DNA of 64,000 nt from Candidatus Yanofskybacteria bacterium RIFCSPLOWO2_02_FULL_41_13 (GTDB lineage Bacteria; Patescibacteriota; Minisyncoccia; 2-02-FULL-40-12; GWA2-44-9), in the NCBI GenBank assembly GCA_001795735.1, contig MGKQ01000017.1:3326-67325 (forward strand), given 5' to 3'. The position numbers were made by a program, and so were the translations under genes. Below the pieces are notes generated by a model. The model searched no databases and was not told the DNA's origin. It was given only the letters and a program-made list of their open reading frames with translations. This document shows, piece by piece, positions 29,650 to 39,150 of this stretch. Each line of letters starts with the position of its first letter. Position 1 is the stretch's first letter.

Positions 29650-32181
29650 TTGGTCATGGGATCAAACGCAAGAAAAGAGATGATAATTCCGGGCGAATTT
29701 CCAGTAATTGACCTTATTTCAGAAGTAATGACCTTTCCCGGGTCGACTTCCAGAGTCCGCTTAAGAAGAGATTACTACTTCGAGCTTGTTCATAATGCCT
29801 TAAACGGACAGTGCCCTTTTGTTTTTAGTGTCATGTCCCAACCGGGTGCATATCAAGCCCCTGAAAGATTTTATAGGATCGGGGTCGTATCTCAGCTTAA
29901 GGTTGAAGATCAGGAAATACCGATAGTTAGCCTACAAGGCCGTTACCGAGCCGAAGTAATAAGTTACACCAGGAACAGAAAAGACATTAAAAGCTACTGG
30001 CTGGCTAAAGTATCTCCGATAGCTGACATTGAAGAGGATATATTTGAAAAAATTGGTACTGATCATGCCGTTATTAAAGAATACGCAGACCCTATCTACG
30101 GATACATGCTTAGAATAAAGAAAATGCTTGTCATAATGATTAACGAGATTGCAAAAAGCAGGCACTCCGAAGATGACTTCACGAGCGATCCAGATCTGAT
30201 ACATATTCACGATATCGTGGATAACTTTGAAAATTACGACTTCAGATTAAAGTCCGGAATAGATTCTTTTACTTGGAATATCATCGCAATATTGCCCGAT
30301 ATTGCTATTGATCAAAAACAAACAGTACTAAGTCTGCGACACCCCATGGAACGCCTTGGCGTACTAAGCGATACTCTTATCAGGAGCATAAATCAGCTAA
30401 AGGCGGGAAATGAATTTGAAAGACTTAGCAGGGAGAGAGTTGAATATGAAGAGGAAAAAGAGAATAGTGATCAGAGTGCTTCTTCTCGGCCAAGAAAAAG
30501 TATAGAACCAAACCAGAAGGAAAAAGACGCTTCTTTCGTCCAGAACGCTCATCCGGAGCTAGTTGAAAAATACAAAAAATTCATAGAGATCAGAGAATAC
30601 ATGAATGAGGATGCAATCAAATCAACAATGGAGAGCTTCAAGAGACTTAAATCTCTCGGTAAATTAAAAGGTGAGGGGTCGGAATGGACTGTATTTATAA
30701 ACCACATTGATTTTATGCTTGATATACCATGGAATAAAGAAAGCAAACAAGAAGAAAATATAGCCGAAGTAGAAGAAACGTTAAATAGCGACCATTTCGG
30801 TCTAGATTTCGCCAAAATTCACATTCTCAGGTATCTTGCCGGAAAACTATTAAATCCTACCGGCAAGGGAGCCAATCTTTGCTTTATCGGCCCTCCGGGA
30901 GTCGGTAAAACTTCTTTGGCAAATTCAATTGCCAGAGCTCTCGGAAGAAAGCTGGTTCGCTTGTCTCTCGGTGGAGTCAGGGACGAAGCCGAAGTCAGGG
31001 GACATAGAAAAACATACATCGGAGCCTTAGCTGGCCAGATCATGAGGGAAATAAGGCGGGGCGGGGTCAAAAATCCTGTTTTTGTTCTCGATGAGATAGA
31101 TAAAATTACAGCGGATTTCAGAGGCGATCCATCAGCCGCACTTCTGGAAGTTCTTGATCCGGAGCAGAATAATTCTTTCAGGGATCATTACCTGGATGCG
31201 CCATTTGATCTTTCCCAGGTATTATTCATAGCAACGGCAAACGATACTACGCCGATTAGGCCGGCTTTATTGGACAGACTGGAACCGGTTTTCTTGCCCG
31301 GCTACACAAGATATGAGAAGGTACAGATTGCTAAAAGATTCTTAATCCCTAAAGCTACTACTGAAGTTGGTCTTTCGAAGCATAAAATAGATTTTAAATG
31401 GCCGAATAACAGTCCAGACGAAGTTTTATACAGTATTATAAAAGGCTACACGAAAGAGTCTGGAGTCAGAAATCTTGAACGCAGAATAGTAACCCTTGGG
31501 AGAAGTTTGGCTCAGGAATACTTAAAAAATCCCAAGAATTTCTCTTCTCCTGAGATTAATGAAGGATGGCTGAGAAAAATCTTAGGTCAGCCTAAGTATT
31601 ATGAAGAACGGGCTTCTAAAACTCAGGTCGGGGAAACTATTGGCCTAGCCTGGACTCAATTCGGCGGAGATATCTTGTATGTCCAATCGGCTATACTGCC
31701 GGAATTTAAAAGCAAGGAGCTTTCCCAGACCGGTTCGCTCGGAAAAGTTATGCAAGAATCGGGCAAATTAGCCCTTTCTCTGCTTAGACTAGAGCTTGAG
31801 AAAAGTAACAACCCGGAATTACTGAAAAATAGGTCGGTTCATATCCATGTTCCCGAGGGTGCTATAGAGAAAGACGGTCCTTCTGCCGGAGTAACTATCT
31901 ACTGCTCGCTTTATTCGATTGCTTTCAAAAAGATTGCCAAACCTTATGTGGCTATGACCGGTGAGATAACCCTTGCAGGTAAAGTTACCGGAGTGGGTGG
32001 CATTAAAGAAAAAGTTATAGCTGCGGAAACGTCAGGCATTAAAGAAGTTATTTTACCGAAGACAAACGAAAGAGATCTTGACGAAGTTCCTCAATCGGCA
32101 AAAGATAATCTTAAATTTCACTTCATTGAGAATGTCGATGAGGCTCTAAAAATAATGTTTGACGAAAATCAACCTGCCTAA
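29650..32181 (+). CDS. lon: ATP-dependent Lon protease (LonA)
   Basis: LON N-terminal domain. AAA+ 'GPPGVGKTSLANSIARALGRK'. Protease domain with 'DGPSAGVT' (Ser) and 'KEKVIAA' (Lys). Confidence 0.9.
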   Translation: MVMGSNARKEMIIPGEFPVIDLISEVMTFPGSTSRVRLRRDYYFELVHNALNGQCPFVFSVMSQPGAYQAPERFYRIGVVSQLKVEDQEIPIVSLQGRYRAEVISYTRNRKDIKSYWLAKVSPIADIEEDIFEKIGTDHAVIKEYADPIYGYMLRIKKMLVIMINEIAKSRHSEDDFTSDPDLIHIHDIVDNFENYDFRLKSGIDSFTWNIIAILPDIAIDQKQTVLSLRHPMERLGVLSDTLIRSINQLKAGNEFERLSRERVEYEEEKENSDQSASSRPRKSIEPNQKEKDASFVQNAHPELVEKYKKFIEIREYMNEDAIKSTMESFKRLKSLGKLKGEGSEWTVFINHIDFMLDIPWNKESKQEENIAEVEETLNSDHFGLDFAKIHILRYLAGKLLNPTGKGANLCFIGPPGVGKTSLANSIARALGRKLVRLSLGGVRDEAEVRGHRKTYIGALAGQIMREIRRGGVKNPVFVLDEIDKITADFRGDPSAALLEVLDPEQNNSFRDHYLDAPFDLSQVLFIATANDTTPIRPALLDRLEPVFLPGYTRYEKVQIAKRFLIPKATTEVGLSKHKIDFKWPNNSPDEVLYSIIKGYTKESGVRNLERRIVTLGRSLAQEYLKNPKNFSSPEINEGWLRKILGQPKYYEERASKTQVGETIGLAWTQFGGDILYVQSAILPEFKSKELSQTGSLGKVMQESGKLALSLLRLELEKSNNPELLKNRSVHIHVPEGAIEKDGPSAGVTIYCSLYSIAFKKIAKPYVAMTGEITLAGKVTGVGGIKEKVIAAETSGIKEVILPKTNERDLDEVPQSAKDNLKFHFIENVDEALKIMFDENQPA

Positions 32182-32269
32182 GATTCCTAATTTACCATAA
32201 ATCCCTAAGCGAAATGCCAGGGATTTTTTATTTGTTTTTATGACGAATTTGTGGTTAATTTAATAGACA

Positions 32270-33829
32270 ATGCCTGATTATCTCCATATCGGACGAGCAA
32301 GCGATTTAGCTGAAAAAAGAGATAGAAGAGTCTATCGAGCTTTTGAAATAATGCCCGGTCTTTTAGCCTGGACAACCATATTATTAATAATTCTCCTTTC
32401 ATTCTTTGTACCAGTTTTTATCGCTGTTTTTATTATAATTTTCGACGTTTATTGGTTTATAAAGACGCTTTATCTCTCGCTTCACCTCCGAGTTTCTTAT
32501 AATAAGCTCCGTGAAAATTTAAAGATCAACTGGCTCGAAGAACTTAACAACCTACAACCTACAACCTACAACCTACAACTAAAATCCTGGCGGGATATTT
32601 ATCATGTAATTTTTCTGCCTCTGTATAAAGAAGATTTTTCTTTAGTCTCTGCTTCAATGGAGGGATTATTAAAAAGCAACTATCCCAAAGAAAAAATGAT
32701 TGTTGTTCTATGCTGGGAAGAGAGGGGAGGGGAAGCAACCAGACAGACGACTGAAGAAATAGAAAAGACATATGGCAACAAATTTTATAAATTTCTATCT
32801 ACTATGCATCCCGCTGGCCTTCAGGGAGAAATGCCCGGCAAAGGATCAAATACCGCTTATGGCGCCCGAGTAGCTAAGGAACAGATCATTGATAGACTAG
32901 AAATACCCTATAGCCATATTTTGGTTTCCAACCTCGATATAGATACCGTTGTTTTTCCTGAATATTTTGGAGTTCTTACCTACACATTTTTAATGACCGA
33001 TAGGCCGCTCAGGGCCTCTTACCAGCCTGTGCCGCTGTATATAAATAATATCTGGGAGGCTCCTTCGTTTGCCAGAGTCGTAGCTTTTTCGGCAACTTTT
33101 TGGCACACCATCAAACAGGAGAAGCACGAAACGGCAACGACTTTTTCTTCCCACTCAATGCCTTGGCAGGCTTTGGTTGATGTTGATTTTTGGCAGAAGA
33201 ATATGGTTTCAGAAGATTCAAGAATATTTTGGCAGTGCTTTCTCCGCTACAATGGTGACTACCGGGTAGTACCGATGTATTATCCGGTATCGATGGATGC
33301 CAATGTGGCTTACACGTCATGGCAAACATTTAAAAATGTGTATAAGCAACAGCGGCGCTGGGGCTATGGCGTAGAAAACGTCCCTTATTTTCTTTTCGGA
33401 TTTGTTAAAAATAAGGCTATTCCTAAACTTAAAAAATGGAAGTACGGTTTTATGATAGTTGAGGGGTTCCATTCATGGGCAACCAATGCCCTAATAATAT
33501 TTCTTCTTGGCTGGTTGCCGGTCATTGTCGGGGGTTCAGAGTTCAATAAAAGTATCCTATCTTTTAACCTGCCGTTTATAACCAGGACTATTATGACAAT
33601 CTCCATGATAGGTCTTGTCTCAACGGCTGTTCTATCAATTGTCCTTCTTCCGCCTCGTCCGCCCAAATTCGGCAAGTTCAAGTACCTCTGGATGGTTCTT
33701 CAGTGGCTTTTATTCCCCATTACCACTATCGGCTTAGGCCTGTTACCGGGCCTAGAAGCACAGACTCGGCTAATGCTCGGAAAATATATGGGATTTTGGG
33801 TAACGCCAAAAATTCGAATTGTAAAATAA
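32270..33829 (+). CDS. integral-membrane family-2 glycosyltransferase, cellulose/chitin-synthase-like
   Basis: Multiple TM segments. 'DxD'-type 'NLDIDT'. Q(Q/R)xRW motif 'YKQQRRWGYG'. Confidence 0.65.
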   Translation: MPDYLHIGRASDLAEKRDRRVYRAFEIMPGLLAWTTILLIILLSFFVPVFIAVFIIIFDVYWFIKTLYLSLHLRVSYNKLRENLKINWLEELNNLQPTTYNLQLKSWRDIYHVIFLPLYKEDFSLVSASMEGLLKSNYPKEKMIVVLCWEERGGEATRQTTEEIEKTYGNKFYKFLSTMHPAGLQGEMPGKGSNTAYGARVAKEQIIDRLEIPYSHILVSNLDIDTVVFPEYFGVLTYTFLMTDRPLRASYQPVPLYINNIWEAPSFARVVAFSATFWHTIKQEKHETATTFSSHSMPWQALVDVDFWQKNMVSEDSRIFWQCFLRYNGDYRVVPMYYPVSMDANVAYTSWQTFKNVYKQQRRWGYGVENVPYFLFGFVKNKAIPKLKKWKYGFMIVEGFHSWATNALIIFLLGWLPVIVGGSEFNKSILSFNLPFITRTIMTISMIGLVSTAVLSIVLLPPRPPKFGKFKYLWMVLQWLLFPITTIGLGLLPGLEAQTRLMLGKYMGFWVTPKIRIVK

Positions 33830-33831
33830 CG

Positions 33832-34581
33832 ATGAAAGAACGAAATTTTATAGAAAAATATGAGGCAGTTTTTTCTCCGACTAAAGCTGTCGAGGGCTTA
33901 ACTCACGAACAATGGCTGGAAAAAATTCCGGAAGTTGATGCTGCAATTGTTCTTGGCTCCGGCTTGAAATTTTTACCGGATGAAAAAGACAAGCTTAATC
34001 TTCACGGCAAAATGAGAACTATCGCCGCCTACGAGTTATACAGACTCGGCAAAGCCAAGCAGATTATAGTTACCGGCGGAGTGCCGATCGGAGAGGGTTA
34101 TGACCGTTCTATGGCTGATGCAGAGGAAGAGTATTTGATTGAAAATTTGGATGCAAAACCAGAAGATGTCATCAAAGAGATTGGCGAGTCGTCTGAAAGT
34201 ACAATTGAAAACTTTGAAAACATATTAGATATACTTAAGAGCAAGGGTATAAAGACAGCCATTATTGTTTCTAACGGGTATCATATTCCCCGAGCCGAAG
34301 CCTTATTTAAAAAGATCTCCATCCAACACAATCTCAGTATTGAGGTTATGGGTATTCCCGCTGAAGAAATATTGTTAGAACGATCCACACATTATAAAAA
34401 ATTAGTGGAGCATTACGATATTGCAAAAAAAGCTCTTGAGCATCCCGGGAAAATTAGGAAATATATTGAGAAAGAGGGGATCGGTCTATTCCTAGCTCAC
34501 GTAGACAGGAACGATACAATTGCCCGCAATCGATCAGCAAAAAGAAAGAAGGAGAATAAACCCGACGCTCACGCAGAATAG
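33832..34581 (+). CDS. DUF218 (YdcF/ElyC-like) domain protein
   Basis: 'IIVTGGVPIGEGYDRSMADAEEEYL' and 'AIIVSNGYHIPRA'. The track ORF 33703 start overlaps the upstream gene, so the ATG at 33832 was chosen. Confidence 0.5.
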   Translation: MKERNFIEKYEAVFSPTKAVEGLTHEQWLEKIPEVDAAIVLGSGLKFLPDEKDKLNLHGKMRTIAAYELYRLGKAKQIIVTGGVPIGEGYDRSMADAEEEYLIENLDAKPEDVIKEIGESSESTIENFENILDILKSKGIKTAIIVSNGYHIPRAEALFKKISIQHNLSIEVMGIPAEEILLERSTHYKKLVEHYDIAKKALEHPGKIRKYIEKEGIGLFLAHVDRNDTIARNRSAKRKKENKPDAHAE

Positions 34582-34893
34582 CTATCTTAATATCCCTTAA
34601 GTCTCGGTTGATTTACTAAGAGAACAAGTGGATAAAATCTTTCCTTATCGTTTTTGATAACCGTTGCAAGAGGGTTAGGTATAAATAATAGCTTACCTAA
34701 AACCGACCCGCTTCGCCGGAGCTTCAGCGAGGCGAGCAGGAAAGCTTAAGGCGAAGGTTCACTGGAGGAACTTCCAGGGAATCGCCTCCGAAACTGACTG
34801 AAAGGAATTTCGGAAGGCCTTCCGGAGGTTTTAAGCCATTATTTGTCTAACCCGAAGCTCAGGTTGAGAAAATAATGAGGAAAGATTTTATAA

Positions 34894-37347
34894 CTACTCA
34901 AAGTGGGTCAGCTTCTGGAATGACTCTAGTTTATCCCTAAGGAGAGGATAGTTATTAAGCGATGGATCTTTTTTGAGAAGTAGGCGAGCCTCGGCGCGGG
35001 CTTTTTTAATTAAATCTATATTGGCAAGCGAAGCCATACCGAGGTCAGGCATTCCAGATTGTTTAACCCCGAAGAATTCTCCCGGCCCTCGTATTTTCAT
35101 ATCTTTCTCGGCCAGTTCAAAACCATCATCACACTCAACTAAGGCTTTCAGTCTTTGATTTATTGATTTATCTCCCGAAGAAGAGAAAAGAATACAGTGA
35201 GATTGGTGCTCTCCTCGTCCTACTCGCCCCCTGAACTGATGAAGCTGGGCCAAGCCGAACCTTTCGGCGCTTTCGATCGCCATAATAGTTGCATTTGGGA
35301 TATCTATGCCGACTTCAATTACTGACGTAGAGACAAGAATATCAAATTCTTTATTTTTAAATTTACCCATTATTTCATTCTTAACTTTTGGTTTTAATTT
35401 ACCGTGAAGCATAGCAACTCTCAGATCCGGAAATACAAGTTCCGATAATTTTTTATATTCTTCCTCAACGGCCTTAACTTCCTGCCAAAGAATATTCATC
35501 TTGCTTTGCGGAGAACCGGTTTTTATCTCTTTCTTGGGATCGCTTAGTTCTATCCTGGGGCAGACGACAAATACCTGCCGGCCGTCTCTAACTTCATCTC
35601 TTATGAACTGATATGTTTCTTTCTTCTGGGTGGGCGTGATCACTTTAGTAATTATTTTTTGTCTGTTTTTTGGTTTTTCTTTTATCAGGGATATATCTAA
35701 ATCTCCGTATATAGTAAGGGCCAGGGTACGGGGGATAGGGGTGGCAGTCATACTCAGCAAGTGAGGTACCACTTGCTGAGAATTTCCAATTTCTCCCGAT
35801 TCGCTTTCGCGAATCGCGGATCCTCGATTGCGAAGCAATCGGGACAATTTCCAATTTCCAATATTTGAGATTTCTGATTTTGAATTTGTAATTTGCTTAG
35901 GATTTGGTTTTTGTAGTTCGGAGTTTTTAAGCAGTGCCTTGCGCTGATTAATTCCAAAGCGATGCTGTTCATCAATTACCACCATCGCCAATTTATCAAA
36001 TGAAACATCTTTCTGGATAATGGCATGAGTACCGATTATAATTTGAACCTGCCCCGAAGCAATCTTTTCCTTGATAATTTTTTTAGATACCGACTGTCCG
36101 TTTAACTTAGCTTCCGAGCCTATCAGTAATCCGATATTTATTTCGTTTTCTAAACTTTGAGAGCTTTGATGTTTGATTTGATTGGAAATTGGAAATTGTC
36201 CCGATTGCTTCGCAATCGAGGATCCGCGATTCGCGAAAGCGAATCGGGAGAAATTGGAAATTAACGATGTAATCGTTCGATAATGCTGTTGAGCCAGAAC
36301 TTCAGTTGGTACCATAAAAACAGTCTGGTAACCCCCCTTGGCAATCTGATAGGAGGCAGTTAGGGCAACCACAGTTTTACCGCTTCCGACGTCTCCTTCC
36401 ATTAACCTGTTCATCGGATAACTTTTTTGAAGGTCTTTGAGAATCTCCCATAAGGAAACCTTCTGATCAATGGTCAGCTCAAATGGCAGACGGCCTATGA
36501 AATCCTGAATCAGTGCCTGATCGAAAGGTACTGAAATTGATTTAAGCTGATTTATTTTCCTTCTCTCAAGAAGAGCTTTTATCTGAAAGAGTAGGAGGTC
36601 TTCAAAAGCAAATCTTTCTCTGGCCGAATCGGCATCTTTTAAATTTTTCGGATAATGGATATCTGAAAGAGCCTCAGATATTCTCGGGAAGCTGTACTTA
36701 TCCAAAATCGTCTGAGGTAGCGGCTCGTCGGCTTTTATGTTCTTGAGAAGCGGCTTGATTAAAAATCTGAGATATTTTGAAGTTATTCCTTCGGTCTCAG
36801 GATAAACTGGCACGAGACCGGAGGTGTGTTTCAAGCTAGAATTTTGAATTTTGAATTTTGAATTTTGAATTTCACCTTCTTGATTCAGAACCCTTAATTC
36901 ATTACCCATCATTCTCTCATATGTTGGACTGGAGAGGTATAGGCCGTGTTTATTCAAGTTAGCCTTTCCAGCAAGGCTAACCATAGCACCCTCAACTAGC
37001 TGATTTTCAATATATGGCTGATTAAACCAGACAACTTTGATCGCTCCGCTGGAATCACCGACAATGGCGTTAGTAACGGTCAGTCGGCGGGGGAATATCC
37101 TTTTACTTGAGATCTTTAAAACTTCCCCCTGAACATTTACTTTTTGACCAGGTTCTACCTGATTTATAGGCATTACTTCGCTATAATCTTCATAGCGAAC
37201 TGGGAAATGCCAGAGAAGATCTCTTATGGTTTTAATTCCTAATCTATTGAGACGCGAAAGATTCCGCGAACCGACATTTTTAAGTTTTTCGATCGGAAAC
37301 AATAGGTTATCCATAGAGATAATAACGAAGTCCTGTATCTGGGGCAT
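34894..37347 (-). CDS. recG: ATP-dependent DNA helicase RecG, carrying two in-frame repeat-element insertions
   Basis: Wedge/OB N-terminus. Helicase motifs 'GDVGSGKTVVAL', 'DEQHRFG', 'LSMTATPIPRTLA', 'MLHGKL' and 'QFRGRVGRG'. Extra peptides are encoded by elements at 35781-35863 and 36181-36262. Confidence 0.9.
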   Translation of the reverse strand: MPQIQDFVIISMDNLLFPIEKLKNVGSRNLSRLNRLGIKTIRDLLWHFPVRYEDYSEVMPINQVEPGQKVNVQGEVLKISSKRIFPRRLTVTNAIVGDSSGAIKVVWFNQPYIENQLVEGAMVSLAGKANLNKHGLYLSSPTYERMMGNELRVLNQEGEIQNSKFKIQNSSLKHTSGLVPVYPETEGITSKYLRFLIKPLLKNIKADEPLPQTILDKYSFPRISEALSDIHYPKNLKDADSARERFAFEDLLLFQIKALLERRKINQLKSISVPFDQALIQDFIGRLPFELTIDQKVSLWEILKDLQKSYPMNRLMEGDVGSGKTVVALTASYQIAKGGYQTVFMVPTEVLAQQHYRTITSLISNFSRFAFANRGSSIAKQSGQFPISNQIKHQSSQSLENEINIGLLIGSEAKLNGQSVSKKIIKEKIASGQVQIIIGTHAIIQKDVSFDKLAMVVIDEQHRFGINQRKALLKNSELQKPNPKQITNSKSEISNIGNWKLSRLLRNRGSAIRESESGEIGNSQQVVPHLLSMTATPIPRTLALTIYGDLDISLIKEKPKNRQKIITKVITPTQKKETYQFIRDEVRDGRQVFVVCPRIELSDPKKEIKTGSPQSKMNILWQEVKAVEEEYKKLSELVFPDLRVAMLHGKLKPKVKNEIMGKFKNKEFDILVSTSVIEVGIDIPNATIMAIESAERFGLAQLHQFRGRVGRGEHQSHCILFSSSGDKSINQRLKALVECDDGFELAEKDMKIRGPGEFFGVKQSGMPDLGMASLANIDLIKKARAEARLLLKKDPSLNNYPLLRDKLESFQKLTHFE
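35781..35863. repeat. palindromic MITE/RPE-like element, copy A, inside recG
   Basis: 'aatttccaatttctcccgattcgctttcgcgaatcgcggatcctcgattgcgaagcaatcgggacaatttccaatttccaat'. It has terminal inverted repeats and the internal hairpin cgattcgc-tttc-gcgaatcg. Confidence 0.75.
36181..36262. repeat. palindromic MITE/RPE-like element, copy B, inside recG
   Basis: Near-exact reverse complement of copy A, about 320 bp away. recG stays open through both copies. Confidence 0.75.
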
Positions 37348-37473
37348 ATTTTAACACTTTTAGTTAAATACACAAAACCCCCGCCAACTGAAGGTAAGCA
37401 TTGACATTTAAAGAAATTAAGCGTATTCTAGAGATAGGGTTTGACACAAGAGCAAGAAGGAGAAAGAGAGAAA

Positions 37474-37836
37474 ATGAAAGAAAAAAAAGCGTATGTGCTA
37501 GTTTATTGTGCAACAATCGTACTTGTTGTCTGTATCACTTCGGCCGCGTCTGCACAAACCAGGAAAAATACAGGACGAGTTATTTTTATGGAGCGGTGTG
37601 CTGCATGCCATGCACCGAACGGAAAAGGCAATCTCAATGTCATAGCTATGGTTAATGGCGATATCTCGAGGATCGATCTTACCGACGAGACAACAGCCAA
37701 GAAGCAAGACGTTGATCTTCGCTCTACTATTCTCGACGGTCGGGGATTAATGCCCGCGCATAAGGACAAACTTACTGCCGTTGAAGTAGATCACGTGCTG
37801 AAGTTTATCCGCCAATTGGGGAAAAAGAGAAAGTAG
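37474..37836 (+). CDS. monoheme c-type cytochrome with a signal peptide
   Basis: SD AGGAG. Signal/TM segment 'VLVYCATIVLVVCITSAASA'. Heme-binding 'CAACHAPNG'. A distal Met candidate lies in 'GRGLMPAH'. Confidence 0.65.
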   Translation: MKEKKAYVLVYCATIVLVVCITSAASAQTRKNTGRVIFMERCAACHAPNGKGNLNVIAMVNGDISRIDLTDETTAKKQDVDLRSTILDGRGLMPAHKDKLTAVEVDHVLKFIRQLGKKRK

Positions 37837-37854
37837 CAACAATCTTTTTCCAGC

Positions 37855-37876
37855 CGCAGCATCTGCCTGCGGTTTT
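37855..37876 (+). terminator. intrinsic terminator (ccgcag...ctgcgg, then TTTT)
   Basis: Read directly. Confidence 0.55.
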
Positions 37877-37950
37877 AAATTACAAAAATTAAACACCGTG
37901 TGAAGAATTGCACAGTGAGGTTCAGTGTCTTTATTATACCAAGCTCGACC

Positions 37951-38268
37951 TTATTTACTACGCTTCCTAGTTTTTGTATCTGCGGTCGATTTTATGTTCA
38001 CATAATCCAGCCACGAGAAATCTTCTTTGTTAACGAAAGGGGAATACTCTTTTAGTATGTCTAAAGCCTCTTGCCCCGATATAAAACCTAGTTTGTCCTG
38101 CGTCTTAAGGTCAAAAACTCCAAAACCATTTTCCGGAAAATTATGCTGAGACTCCTTTCCGTCTTTCCATCTGATATCAACCGCATAGTGATGGTTTATA
38201 ATCTTATGATTCAGCACCCCTAATTGTTGGTTTTCTAGCCTTTCCATTTTTTTTAGATTATCTGCCAA
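37951..38268 (-). CDS. hypothetical protein, 105 aa
   Basis: ORF only. No recognisable motif. Confidence 0.35.
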   Translation of the reverse strand: MADNLKKMERLENQQLGVLNHKIINHHYAVDIRWKDGKESQHNFPENGFGVFDLKTQDKLGFISGQEALDILKEYSPFVNKEDFSWLDYVNIKSTADTKTRKRSK

Positions 38269-38296
38269 AAATAATTAGTTAACCAATTTTTGATAT

Positions 38297-38383
38297 TGGT
38301 GCCCGGAGCCGGACTCGAACCGGCAAGGCCTTGCGGCCAACTGATCTTAAGTCAGTCGAGGTTACCAATTTCTCCACCCGGGC
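38297..38383 (-). tRNA. tRNA-Leu (UAA)
   Basis: The minus-strand sequence folds as a cloverleaf with a long variable arm. Anticodon loop cuUAAga. CCA is encoded. Confidence 0.8.
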
Positions 38384-38411
38384 AATTTTATAGATTATAC
38401 CACAGTTTTAG

Positions 38412-39146
38412 TTATTTTCCACGCCTCATGGCCTGTCCTGAGTCTTGTCGAAGGGCCCATTGAGTTGCCTTAGCCAGAGAGTCAAATGTCCCGGCATCTA
38501 TCCATAGACCTTTTACAATATCAACCTTTAGTTCACCTTTATTTAGATACCAATTATGTAAATCTGTAATTTCTAGCTCTCCACGAAGAGATGGCTTTAA
38601 TTTTTTGGCAACTTCAACAACTCGGTTGTCGTATATGTATAATCCGGTAATCGCGTAATCCGATAGAAACTTTTTAGGCTTTTCTTCTATCTGGATGGCT
38701 CTTCCTTTCTTACCAAACTTTACTACCCCAAATCTTTCCGGATCGGAAACTTTTTTAGCAAATATGTGGCCTCCTTTTTTGAACTTTTTGATAACTTTTG
38801 AGAAATCATCTTCAAAAATATTATCACCTAGTATCATGGCAACATTATCATCACCGATGAAGTCTTTAGCGATAATAAAGGCTTGAGCCAATCCTTCAGG
38901 CTTATCCTGTATCTCGTAGGTGAACTTGGCACCAAACTCCTTACCTGAACCGAGAAGTTTCAAAAAGTCACCGGGATGTTCCGGAGAAACAATTATTAAG
39001 ATGTCTTTTATCCCAGCCCGAAGAAGAGTGTTGAGCGGATAAAAAACCATCGGCTTGTCATAAACCGGCAATAATTGCTTTGAGGTTATTTTTGTAAGAG
39101 GGGAGAGGCGGGTACCCGAACCTCCCGCTAAAACAATTCCGCGCAT
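38412..39146 (-). CDS. rfbA: sugar-phosphate nucleotidyltransferase, RmlA-like glucose-1-phosphate thymidylyltransferase
   Basis: 'MRGIVLAGGSGTRLSPLTKITSKQLLPVYDKPMVFYPL'. Confidence 0.75.
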   Translation of the reverse strand: MRGIVLAGGSGTRLSPLTKITSKQLLPVYDKPMVFYPLNTLLRAGIKDILIIVSPEHPGDFLKLLGSGKEFGAKFTYEIQDKPEGLAQAFIIAKDFIGDDNVAMILGDNIFEDDFSKVIKKFKKGGHIFAKKVSDPERFGVVKFGKKGRAIQIEEKPKKFLSDYAITGLYIYDNRVVEVAKKLKPSLRGELEITDLHNWYLNKGELKVDIVKGLWIDAGTFDSLAKATQWALRQDSGQAMRRGK

Positions 39147-39150
39147 TTTA

